A stretch of 64,000 nucleotides of DNA from the NCBI RefSeq assembly GCF_004010195.1, contig NC_057720.1, positions 6,686,491-6,750,490 on the forward strand. The letters run 5' to 3'. The position numbers were made by a program, and so were the translations under genes. Under the pieces are notes generated by a model. That model saw only the letters and a list, made by a program, of their open reading frames with translations. It ran no database searches and was not told the origin of the DNA. The DNA is from Chiloscyllium plagiosum (taxonomy: Eukaryota). The stretch's first letter is position 1; the number at the start of each line of letters is the position of its first letter. Positions 12,616-23,924 of this stretch are shown piece after piece.

Positions 12616-13807
12616 ACTTTATACATTAACGATTCAGATGAAGGCACTGAGGGCATTCTGGCTAAGTTTGCAGATGATGCAAATATCGGTAGAGGGACAG
12701 GTAACATTGAGGAGGTAGGGAGGCTGCAGAAGGATTTGGATAGGTTAGGAGATTGGGCAAAGAAGTGGCAGATGGGCTACAATGTGGGAAAGTATGAGGT
12801 CATGCACTTTGGTTGGAAGAATAGAGGCATAGACTATTTTCTAAATGGGGAGAAAATTCAGAAGTCTGAAGTGTAAAGGGACTTGGGAGTTTTAGTCCAG
12901 GATTCTCTCAAGATAAACTTGCAGCTTCAGTCAGTAGTTAGGAAGGCAAATGCAATGATGGCATTTATTTTGAGAGGACTTGAATATAAAAGCAGGGATG
13001 TACTTCTGAGGGTCTATAAGATTCTGGTCAGACCACGTTTGGTCCATTGCACACAGTTTTGGGCCCCATACCTCAGGAAGGATGTACTAGCCCTAGTGGG
13101 TGTTCAGAGGAGGTTCACGCGAATGGTCCCAGGAATGAATGGCTTAACATATGAGAAACATTTGAGAACTCTAGGTCTATACTTATTGGAGTTTAGCAGG
13201 ATGATGGGGGGATCTATTCAAAAATCTCAGAATACTGAATGGCCTGGACAGAATGGATGTTGGGAAGATCGTTCCATTGGTAGGAGAGACTAGGACCCGA
13301 GGGCACAGCCTTAGAGTAAAGGGAAGATCTTTAGACCGGAGATCAGGAGAAACTTCTTCAGCCAGAGAGTGGTGAATCTATGGAATTCACTGCCAAAGAA
13401 GGCTGTGGAGGCCAGGTCATTGAATATATTTAAGACTGATACAGATAGGTTCTTGAGTATCAAGGGGATCAAGGGGTTTATGGAGAAAGTGGGACAATGG
13501 AGTTGAGAAACCTATCAGCCATGATTGAATGGCAGGAGAGACCTGATGGACTGAATGGCCTAATTTCTGTTCGTTTGTCTTATGGTCTTTTCTTTTACAA
13601 AAAGAGTCCAACAACCAAAAGATGACCACAAATATAAATTCAGTGCATATCCAAAGAACTCTGTGTGGAGCTATGGAAGGTTACACCTGTAGAGTGTCAG
13701 AGAAACTTCAAAAGCAAAGAGCAAACAAAAAGAATGGGGTAATGAGAGCGTGATGGCCAAACACATTGTCGGCAGGAACCCATCTCCTGCAAACATGTTT
13801 GTGTATT

Positions 13808-14020
13808 AAAGCAAAGAATTGCAGATGCTGAAGATCAGAAACAAAAACAGAAATTGCTGGAGAAACTCAGGAGATCTGGCTGCATGTGTGGAGAGAAAGC
13901 AGAGCTACATTTTCACATCAAAAGATCCTTCTCCAGAACTGGTTCTAAGGTTTTGAAGAAGGGTCATTAGAATCAATACATTAAGGTTGCTTTCTCTCCA
14001 CAGATGCTAGCAATATCTGT
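13808..14020. mobile_element. Family D short element, inverted pair (decayed)
   Basis: gcagatgctg...gaaacaaaaacagaaattgctggagaaactcag, as at 8625. Confidence 0.7.
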
Positions 14021-14276
14021 GTAATGCTTACCAGATTAAATAAAGAAAATGTGATTTTTCCTCATGTTTATTCATGAGCCCTGCAGTTATTGGCCATTCT
14101 TAACTTCCCACACGTCAGTTAACGGTTATTCCCATCATTTTCAATCTGTAGGCCAGACCGGGTAAGGATTTCCTTCCAAATGGAAAGATAGGCAATTTCA
14201 ACATTTACCTTTTTCTAAAAAAAGATATTTTGGATTTCTATTAAGTTGGACATATAAATACATTTGAAAAGGAAAT

Positions 14277-14632
14277 GCTGTGGTTCTGTTCGCCGAGCTG
14301 GAAGTTTTTGTTGCAAACGTTTCGTCCCCGGTCTAGGTGACATCCTCAGTGCTTGAGAGCCTCCTGTGAAGCACTTCTGTGTTTCCTCCGGTGTTTATAG
14401 TGGCCTCTCCCTGCCACTTCCGGTTGTCAATTTCAGCTGTCCGCTGTAGTGGCCGGTATATTGGGTCCAGGTCGATGTGTTTGTTGATGGAGTTTGTGGA
14501 TGAGTGCCATGCTTCTAGGAATTCCCTGGCTGTTCTTTGTTTGGCTTGCCCTATAATGGTAGTGTTGTCCCAGTCAAATTCATGTTGCTTGCCGTCTACG
14601 TGTGTGGCTACTAGGGATTCCTAGAAGCATGG
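14277..14632 (-). mobile_element. Penelope-like element 3' end / pLTR (family C)
   Basis: Minus strand encodes the GIY-YIG tail (HEFDWDNTTIIGQAKQRTAREFLEAWHS); hammerhead core at 14313-14352. Confidence 0.85.
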
Positions 14633-14964
14633 GTTTGACTCCATGTCCCTAAATCATTAGCCAGGGCTTCTGGGTTATTCACCGAGTGTGTGGGCGAGTG
14701 TGCTTTAAAAGTCACAGTGTCAAAACAGCTGTAAGCACCTCTGAAATGCAAGTAATGAAAATGAATTAAACATCCTCTCAATGAGTGCTGCCAGCCAGTC
14801 ACTATCAGAAGATATTAAGATAAAAGAATTTCAATTAACCTATAAAAACCAAGAATCTCAACATTCTCCACCAATGTCAATGCCACAACATACTTGCTGT
14901 TCACAAACAATTCTGTATGTCTTTTTTTTTGGGCTCACTTCTTACTCTTACTCCATCTGCATGT

Positions 14965-15460
14965 GTATTGCATATTGTTCTGAAGCTGAAGGCATGTCCT
15001 GTAGCTTTAAGAGAGACTAAACAGCCATTGAGAGAGACTGCCATTCAAAACACTCTCTATCAAATGTCCCTTTTTCGTATGAAACATCTTTACAATAAAG
15101 ACAGAAGATAACACAGGGTGATCGTTAGCCGAAAGAAGAAGGACACCAGCGACAACAGGTGCTGTGGGTTTTGAAATTAAGTTGATGTAATTTTAATACA
15201 GGTTTTTATTGGAACAGTATATTGTTATAGAGTTGGAGGCAGATAACAAGCAGTTATGAGTTAAGGGGGGCTTAGAGTTCTGAATAGTTGTTGCTTAATG
15301 TTCACTGTTCGAGCTAAAGAATAAATTGATTTTTTTTTCTTTAAGTAGTGGAATTTGGGAGCTCCCTGTCATTCATATTTTAACAAATTACGAGGCGAGG
15401 AGAGCTTTTCTTGGTTTTTTTGTTTAATTAACAAGAGGGTTCACCATTGTTTTGTAATGC
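14965..15460 (+). mobile_element. Possible solo LTR
   Basis: TG start, internal AATAAA, LTR-like 3' end; recognised by appearance only, no second copy in the window. Confidence 0.3.
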
Positions 15461-15914
15461 AATTTGTTCTTCTGATGTGCAGTAATGAATAATTTCACCT
15501 TTCCATTAATTCAAGAAAACCTGGTTAAACCGTTTCCTTTGAATCCAATGTTGATTTGGTTTGGGAGAAGGGTACCAACATGGAAGGGATCATTTCAAAC
15601 TAAACTTGCTTTGACCAACCAAGGAGATGGTGAATGAAGAAACAGACCCAACCCATCCTAGGGCTGAATAATTTGGGACATTCTGTCTGGAACTGTAAAC
15701 AACTGGGGAACCTCAGCAAGGGGACTGGTTATGAAATGTCTATCATATCAAAGTGGCCTGTAACTAGATGCTAATGTGCAACAAATGATATCCTTGCTAA
15801 CTAAAAGAGAGTCTTCAATTTAGACCAGCAAGTGGTTTTCCTATACTGGACGAAAAAGCCTTGTAGATCCTACACTACTCAGATACCACCCCCCACCCCC
15901 AACCCCGGCCCCTC

Positions 15915-16531
15915 CCTCAACATGGGGATCATGGTAGCACACAAACCCACCAACACACTAAAACAGCAGCTAATGAACTTGAAAGACCCTATAAAGACAA
16001 TGAGCAAAACTAATGTCATTTACAAAATACCGTGCAAGAACTGGAACAAACACTACATTGGACAAACAGGCAGAAAACTAGCCACCAGGATACGTGAACA
16101 CCAACTTGCCACAAAAAGACATGACCCTCTCTCACTAGTATCTTTACATACAGATGAGGACGGACACCACTTTAGCCAGAACAACACATCCATCCATCCT
16201 AGGACAAGCCAAAGAAAGACATGCATGAGAATTCCTAGAAGCATGGTATTCCAACCGGAACTCTATCAACAAACACATTGAGTTAGACCCCATCTACCAC
16301 CCCTTGAGAAAAAGAACAGGAAGTGATTTCACCACAGGAAATAACATCAACACAGGAAATAACATCACCAAACATATCAATAGAAAGCAGGGAGTTTCAG
16401 CATTGCTTCACCTGAGGGCCACTGAAGATGTTACCTAGTAGGGTAATGAAACTTCTGGAAATGAACGTTGCAGCTCAGCGAGCAAACCTACATCCAAAAC
16501 CTCAATCTGAGCTACAAATCTTCTCAAAAAT
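15915..16531 (+). mobile_element. Penelope-like element: GIY-YIG endonuclease remnant and pLTR (family E)
   Basis: NVIYKIPCKNWNKHYIGQTGRKLATRIREH is the PLE GIY-YIG signature; frameshifted; hammerhead core 16419-16458. Confidence 0.92.
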
Positions 16532-16774
16532 CCTACACTTAAAGAAGATGATAGCAGTAACCTTCAGCATGAAGGGGAGGTCATTCATCTGGCCTGCCAA
16601 TCAACATCTGGCAATTGCCTATTCTTGAACTAATTGGCTTGTGGATCCATTGGAAAGTACAGTTAATTACCAACAGCATTGTTGTGGAACTGAACTCACA
16701 CGCAGGTCCAAGATAAAGAGGGCCTTAAGAACATTAGTAAACCAGATGGGTTTTTACAACAAAAAATGATGTTT

Positions 16775-17105
16775 AAAATTTGCTCATGGGGTGTGGGTGT
16801 CTCTGGCTGGGCCAGTATTTATTGCCCATCCCTAATTACCCAGAGGACAGTTCAGAGTCAACCACGTTACTGTGGAGTTACACCTCAGCCAGACAAGGTA
16901 AGGATGGCAGATTTCCTTCCCGAAAAGACATTAGTGAAACAATCAACATTGGTTTCATGGTCATCATTAGATCTTTAATGCCAGATACTTTATTGAATTC
17001 AAATGCTACATCTGCTGTGGCAGGATTTGAACCGAGGTCCCCAGAATATTAGTTTAGTTACTGGATTCACGGCCTAGCAATAATAACACTAAATCATTGC
17101 CTCTA
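16775..17105 (-). mobile_element. tRNA-headed SINE (LINE-tail sharing)
   Basis: Homologous to 57352-57690. Confidence 0.75.
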
Positions 17106-17332
17106 CTGGTGTCAATTTCATTATTACCAGTACTAAGGTTAGCTTTCTATTTTAGAGTTAGCTATTAAATTGATCTTTTACCAGCCATGATAGAATGCCA
17201 CTAGAAAACTAGCCCAGGACACTGCCTTACCACTCCAGTGATGTGATCAGTACATTACCATTTCCTTGCCTGCTCCTTTGATGTCTGGCTCCATGTAATC
17301 ACGTGACAGCGATAAAAATGGATTACCAATTT

Positions 17333-17470
17333 TCCAGCAGTTCTGAGGAAGGGTCACTTGACCCACAACGTTGACTGATTTCTTTCCACAGGCGCTGCCA
17401 GACTTACTGATCTTTTCCAGCAAGTTATGTTTTGGTTTCTGATTTACAGCATCCACAATTCTTTCATTTT
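17333..17470 (+). mobile_element. Family D short element
   Basis: cagttctgaggaagggtcacttgacccacaacgttgactg...gctgccagac. Confidence 0.75.
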
Positions 17471-17937
17471 TATCAATTTCCTTTTTCCATTTGTAGAGTT
17501 TTTAATGCCTTGACCCTGTCATGGACAAAAATGAGTTTTTGTAAAGGCAAAAAACTGACTCAAGATAGCCATAGTGAGGACTTGACCAAATCACAAACCA
17601 TTACTGAACATAACAGTCTGAAATGAAATGAGCATGTCATCAAATTTCCTGAAAGCAATCATATAGTGGAATAAAATTCTGTAGATTATCCAGTTTGAAA
17701 GAAAAAGAATATTTGAAGCCAGACACAGAATTTACAAAGGAACTGTATTCAAGTAACAGCTTTTGGACAGAGACAGACAAAAGAAAACAACAAAGATGGG
17801 TTTGTAATATACAACTTGAAGGCTTGCTAGTCTTCCTTTTCTATAAATTTCTTTCAAAGGACAATGCTTAGTGACATAGTTCTGAGAAAAATCTATTTCC
17901 TAATATCTTCAAATTTCTCCACGGCTGAACACACAAG

Positions 17938-18028
17938 GTGAAGGGCTTTTGCCTGAAATGTTGATTTTCCTGCTCCTCAGATGCTGCCTGATCTGCTGTG
18001 CTTTTCCAGCACCACTCTAATCTAGACC
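17938..18028 (+). mobile_element. Family A short element
   Basis: gaagggcttttgcctgaaatgttgattttcctgctcctc; flanks ctgaacacacaag / ctgaatgcacaag. Confidence 0.75.
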
Positions 18029-18113
18029 CTGAATGCACAAGACATCAATTCCACGTATCTCGGGCTAATGCCTAATGACTCAAGGACTCTAAAGACATTT
18101 TAATGACCTTAAT

Positions 18114-18412
18114 GGCAGCACGGTGGCTCAGTGGTTAGCACTGCTGCCTCACAGCACCAGGGTCCCAGGTTCAATTCCAGCCTTGGGTGACTGTGTGGAG
18201 TTTGCATATTCTGCGTAGGTCTCCTCCGGGTGCTCCGCGTTCCTCCCACAGTCCAAAGATGTGCAGGTCAGGTGAATTGGCCATGCTAAATTGCCCATAG
18301 ATTTAGGTGCATTAGTTAAAGGGAAATGGGTCTGGGTGGGTTACTGTTTGGAGGGTCGGTGGGGACTTGTTGGGCCAAAGGGCCTATTTCCATACTGTAG
18401 GGAATCTAATCT
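18114..18412 (+). mobile_element. Full-length V-domain (HE1-like) SINE
   Basis: A box tggctcagtgg, B box ggttcaattcc, V core. Confidence 0.9.
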
Positions 18413-18643
18413 TGTTACTAGAAACTCCACCAATTTGAACTGGTCTCCTGAAATTGCATGTCCATTTAATGTTACGTATTATATTTTTTTCAGGATCAGT
18501 AAGTAACAGAATGCTTCTTTCTTTCACTCAGGAAAACTTGCAGTTACTGTACTTGAATTGAGATGTGATAAATCTCTGTGTTAAAACTAATTAAAAATCT
18601 TGTTGTGGAGGGAGATGATTCACCCCTTCTCAACTGTTTGTAA

Positions 18644-18872
18644 TACAGGACGTCCTGTTACAAACGAGTTCTGTTTTTTCTGCTGTTAGTAAGCTGAGTT
18701 TTTGTGTAAGTCAGAAAAATTACAGGCTAATTAGTCCATCCATTTGTTAGGATGAAACATTGTACGTAACTCGGATTTTTAAAAGTAATTTTTAAAAATG
18801 AGAAGCCAGAGGTTGTTTCATAAGTACGGGACCTTCGTATGTCAGGCATTTGTAACCCGGGGACTTCCTGTA
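18644..18872. mobile_element. Tc1/mariner-pogo (Tigger-like) MITE
   Basis: ta|caggacgtcc ... ggacttcctg|ta: imperfect TIRs with TA flanks. Confidence 0.55.
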
Positions 18873-18939
18873 ATGTGATCCAAAGATAATCCTGTTATTC
18901 AGTTTTATTGAGAAACCATTGGGGTATATGAGAGATTTC

Positions 18940-19531
18940 TGTAGTGATTGGAACCAGGTGGATCTCATTGACTATGAGATCCTAGATTGGGTTTGTTAAC
19001 ATGGGCCAATTCATGGAGTGCAGGCTGATCAGTATAAACAGGGGATTTAGAATCTCCTTAGTCCAGAGGACTCATTCCCAGCTTCTGGATCAGTGGTGCT
19101 GGAAGAGCACAGCAGTTCAGGCAGCATTCCCAGCTGGCTGGCCACAGTCAGTATACTGAGCAAAAGTGGGTGGCACGGTGGCACAGTGGTTAGCACTGCT
19201 GCCTCACAGCGCCTGAGACTCAGGTTCAATTCCCACCTCAGGCGACTGACTGTGTGGAGTTTGCACGTTCTCCCCGTGTCTGCGTGGATTTACTCCGGGT
19301 GCTCCGGTTTCCTCCCACAGTCCAAAGATGTGCAGGTCAGGTGAATTGGCCATGCTAAATTGCCCATAGTGTTAGGTAAGGGGTAAATGTACGGGCATGG
19401 GTGGGTTGCGCTTCGGCGGGTCGGTGTGGACATGTTGGGCCGAAGGGCCTGTTTCCACACTGTAATGTAATCTAATCTAATCTAAAAGGGTGGCTTGGTG
19501 ATGGGATATCGGCCTCTGTGCAATTATTTCA
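18940..19531 (+). mobile_element. Solo LTR (TG...CA) carrying a nested SINE (19168-19484) and a family A fragment
   Basis: tgtagt...ttatttca ends, near-TSD atttc/gtttc, CCAAT and tataaa motifs; homologous to 38258-39210. Confidence 0.65.
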
Positions 19532-20035
19532 GTTTCCAAAGAAATTTCACTCATTTTGTATCCCCACTTCTGTCCAGAGGGATGATTAACTTAACTGACT
19601 GGGCAGCTGGCGTGTGATAGAGCATGGGTTAAGTCCTGCATGAGTTGAGATTACCATGAAAGACCCACTTTTCAACCTTCCCCGTCACCTGGAGCAGGTT
19701 AAACCAACTCCTCGCTAATGGGAGAGTCGGACTGTGGTGATTTTACCTTATGTTCAATTCCACCCTCATTATCTTGAGCAAGAGGAAAGTCTTTACCTGA
19801 AGACTTGCACAAGGTCTAATGATGAAAAGCTTTAATAGCTTCCGTGCTGTATGACCCTACAAGTCCTTGTCACATTGGAATCCTAATGGGGGAAACATTT
19901 ATTGGGTAGCATTATGCTGATGCAGCTTTAACTTTAAAAAAAACACCTAAATACAATTAAATGATTCTTCAAGAGCAAACTCGATATTCACTCAATGAAG
20001 TCTAATTTTTGCATGATCCTAACTGGCTACAGAAC

Positions 20036-21522
20036 TTGGATACAGGATTGGCTGGCCAACAGAAGACAGCGAATGGTAGTAGAAGGAACATATTCTGCCT
20101 GGAAGTCAGTGGTGAGTGGTGTTCCACAGGGATCTGTCCTTGGGCCTCTACTGTTTGTAATTTTTATTAATGACTTGGATGAGGGGATTGAAGGATGGGT
20201 CAGCAAGTTTGCAGACGACACAAAGGTTGGAGGTGACGTTGACAGTATAGAGGGCTGTTGTAGGCTGCAGCGGGACATTGACATTGCAGAGATGGTCTGA
20301 GAGGTGGCAGATGGAGTTCAACCTGGATAAATGCGAGGTGATGCATTTTGGAAGGTCGAATTTGAAAGCTGGGTACAGGATTAAGGATAGGATTCTTGGC
20401 AGTGTGGAGGAACAGAGGGATCTTGGTGTGCAGGTACATAGATCCCTGAAAATGGCTACCCAAGTGGATAGGGTTGTTAAGAAAGCATATGGTGTTTTGG
20501 CTTCCATTAACAGGGGGATTGAGGTTAAGAGTCGTGAGATCTTGTTGCAGCTCTATAAAACTTTGGTTAGACCACACTTGGAATACTGCGTGCAGTTCTG
20601 GTCGCCCTATTATAGGAAAGATGTGGATGCTTTGGAGAGAGGATGCTGCCTGGACTGGAGGGCTTATCTTATGAGGAGAGGTTGACTGAGCTCGGACTTT
20701 TTTGCTGTGGTTCAGTTCGCCGAGCTGGAAGTTTTTGTTGCAAATGTTTCATCCCCTGTCTAGGTGACATCCTCAGTGCTTGGGAGCCTCCTGTGAAGCG
20801 CTTCTGTAGTGTTTCCTCCGGCATTTATAGTGGCCTGTCCCTGCCGCTTCCGGTTGTCAGTTTCAGCTGTCCGCTGTAGTGTCCGCTGAAACGACACGAC
20901 CAACTATCCCTAGTAGCCACACATGCAGACGACAAGCAACATGAATTCGACTGGGACAACACTACCATTATAGGGCAAGCCAAACAAAGAACAGCCAGGG
21001 AATTCCTAGAAGCATGGCACTCATCCACAAACTCCATCAACAAACACTTCGACCTGGACCCAATATACCGGCCACTACAGCAAAATGTTTGCAACAAAAA
21101 CTTCCAGCTCGGCGAACAGAACCACAGCAACGAGCACCCGAGCTACAAATCTTCTCACAAACTTTGATCAGACTTTTTTCATTGGAGAAAAGGAGGAGGA
21201 GAGGGGACCTAATTGAGGTATGCAAGATAATGAGAGGCATTGAGTCGATAGCCAGAGACTACTTCCTGGGACAGAAATGGCTAACACGAGGGGTCATAGT
21301 TTTAAGCTGGTTGGAGGAAAGTATAGAGGAGATGTCAGAGGCGGGTTCTTTACACAGAGAGTTGTGAGAACATGGAATGCGTTGCCAGCAGCAGTTGTGG
21401 AAGCAAGGTCATTGGGGACATTTAAGAGACTGCTGGACATGCATATGGTCACAGAAATTTGAGGGTGCACACATGAGGATCAGTGGTTGGCACTGTTCTG
21501 TGCTGTACTGTTCTATGTTCTA
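20036..21522 (+). mobile_element. CR1-clade LINE RT/3' end interrupted by a PLE
   Basis: [24 protein letters not shown]...KFADDTK; LYKTLVRPHLEYCVQFWSP; (tgttcta) tail. Confidence 0.95.
20702..21165. mobile_element. Penelope-like element (family C): inverted pLTR plus GIY-YIG tail fragment
   Basis: Minus-strand pLTR 20702-20883 joined to plus-strand KRHDQLSLVATHADDKQHEFDWD... and pLTR end. Confidence 0.88.
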
Positions 21523-21555
21523 CAGAGTGAAAGTGGCAATGTCATTGAGCTGGTG

Positions 21556-21953
21556 GGGTGGTACGGTGGCTCAGTGGTTAACACTGCTGCCTCACAGCTT
21601 AGATTAGTTACAGTGTGGAAACAGGCCCTTCGGCCCAACAAGTCCACACCGACCGACTGAAGCGCAACCCACCCAGACCCATTCCCCTAGATTTACCCCT
21701 TCACCTAACACTACGGGCAATTTAGCATGGCCAACTCACCCAACCTACACATTCTTGGATTGTGTGAGGAAACCGGAGCACCCGGAGGAAACCCAGGCAG
21801 ACACAGGGAGAATGTGCAAACTCCACACAGAGAGACACCTGAGGCGGGAATTGAACCCGGGTCTCCGGCGCTGTGAGGCAGCAGTGCTAACCACTGTGCC
21901 ACCGTGCCGCCCAGCGTCAGGGACCTGGGTTTGATTCCAGCCTCGAGCAACTG
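21556..21953. mobile_element. V-SINE (minus, 21599-21912) nested in the tRNA head of another V-SINE (plus)
   Basis: Outer head ctgcctcacagc resumes as cagcgtcagggacctgggtttgattcc after the inner copy. Confidence 0.88.
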
Positions 21954-21959
21954 CCTAAA

Positions 21960-22385
21960 CTCAAAAACTGCATGAATTCTTGTAAGACTCTGTTTACTCA
22001 CTTTTTAGATTAAAATCAGTCTATACATTATGGAACAGACAGAGAACACAGGGGGCTAACACCTTCAACTTATTATCTGGCTAACATCAATTGTTATAGT
22101 TAACCTGAGAATGTAACTTTTAAAGAAAAGTTTTGTGATCTACATATGAAAGAAGTGAAACTATCTTGGTCATTCTAACAGGTGAAAGACTCAACAAACA
22201 ATCAAGGTATTTTTCAATGTATAATTTCAGTTACATCACGTTGTAAACTTTTGTTATAAATTCTGTGTCTTACAATTGTGTACTCCACACCCATCTGATG
22301 AAGGAGTGGCGCTCCGAAAGCTAGTGCTTCCAATTGAACCTGTTGGACTATAACTTGGTGTTGTTTGATTTTTAATTTTGTACAC
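21960..22385 (+). mobile_element. Longer family B element (PLE-like 3' region)
   Basis: Extends ~330 bp 5' of the family B core; homologous to 63222-63422 (minus) and 45728-45829. Confidence 0.75.
22292..22326 (+). ncRNA. Minimal type I hammerhead ribozyme motif (family B)
   Basis: CAT-CTGATGA-A-GGAGT-GGC-GCTCC-GAAA-GC-TA-GTG. Confidence 0.72.
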
Positions 22386-23924
22386 TGCCGTGAGTGTGTT
22401 ATGTAGGCCAGACCTGCTTCCCGAAAGGATATGAACAAAAGATGGGTTCGTCCACAAAGATCAATAGTCAGGCTAGCTCATCGTTACTGGTTACTGTTAA
22501 AATTAAACCACATCATGTGCTGTGGTAAGATTTAAATTCACACCTCCAGGACATTGGCCTGGGGATCTCAATTACCAACCCAGAGACCTTACCACTACAC
22601 CTCGTCCTCATCTCCACATTGTCATGCTAACTTGCTCAGTGATGTTATAACACAACCTCAGAGGAGATGGGTCAGAAACTGAGGTCTCTTGGCCCTGAAA
22701 TAGGGACACTTCCACCACACCACACGGGCTCCTTTGCTTTCTGTGTCTTTGTAATTATCCTGCCGTCTTAAACGTCACCCCCTAACCTTTCATACACAAA
22801 TACAAGCCAAACCACTCTCCTCATTATTCGATACTTTACAAAGTCAAGTATTATTCTGATGGCTGCAATGACTCCGAAATAATGTATTCTTCCCTGAGGC
22901 GAGAGGTTAGGGATTGGAGAGCTGTGCCCAGAACTAAGTGCGATCAGAACTTTTACACAAATGTAGCATTTCTGAAATACATTTGTATTCCAGTTCCCTT
23001 GAGATAAAGGCTAACAATTCTGGATTTTTCTCAAGTGTATTCAAGTTTTCAACATTAAATGTTTTCAAAATGTTTTGTACATGTTAATGAAAGGTGCTGA
23101 CTATGGTTTGCCTGCCACAGTGAAATCCTGATACGATGTCATCTGTCTGCAATTATAGAAAGAAGTGAGACATTAGGAGAGCAATAGTCTAACACTGCAC
23201 AATTACCATATTTTACAGCAAACGATTGAGTCATTCACTCATCCTCCTGCCAAGGAACATTTTCTTGAAACAATGAAAAGCACCCTTGGTTTTTATTTGA
23301 TATACTGGATCCCTGTGAGAAATAGCTTATGAATGATAAATAGAATCCCTGACAACCATCCAGAGGTGGGGGGAATCCCCTCACGTAGAGACAGCACAAG
23401 AGCAGTTTGCATGTGTTGAAGAGGGGGAAGAATGCAGTGGAAAAAATGCAAGGCAGGAATCTATAATCCATCCAGTAAATCATAGCTTTGCCTGACGAGT
23501 ATGTGTAACCAGGGCCAGATGCTGCAGATTTTACGGCGCGAGGTGCACTGGTGATAATTAGCCAATGTGTGTCCGCCTTCGAGTCCCTAACTCGAAGGTC
23601 GTTGCGATAGCTCATGGCACAACGAAGGGAAGGAGAGCTCAGTGAACTGACTTGATGTAATCTGCAATAAAACAGGAACAATTAATATTTGTAGACCGCG
23701 AAAGCAATCAAACTGCTCAAACTTGCTTCCGTCTTGTGTTCAACACAGATGACCTTGGGGTCAGAGGCAGAAAGGTGGGTAAGCAAAGGGCAAAGACTTA
23801 AAATAATTGACAAAAGACCAGAGGCAACTTAAAGAAATAAAATAGGCGCAACAAGATATCATCATCCACAATCACCAGAAACTGCACATTCCCCTCCAAG
23901 CCACTCACCATCCTGACTTGGACA

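Larger units (their letters stand above)
11505..13590 (+). mobile_element. CR1-clade LINE, ~2 kb decayed ORF2 (RT) with two nested insertions
   Basis: YINDSDEGTEGILAKFADDANIG (YADD-equivalent), KKWQMGYNVGKYEVMHFG, LVRPRLVHCTQFWAP; stops and frameshifts. Confidence 0.95.

Noticed and set aside
15832..16281. Domesticated GIY-YIG nuclease gene
   Set aside because: 5'-truncated, frameshifted PLE remnant with its pLTR attached
18114..18185. tRNA genes at A/B-box motifs (also 19168, 37470, 44733, 54677)
   Set aside because: Each continues into a SINE body; these are tRNA-derived heads
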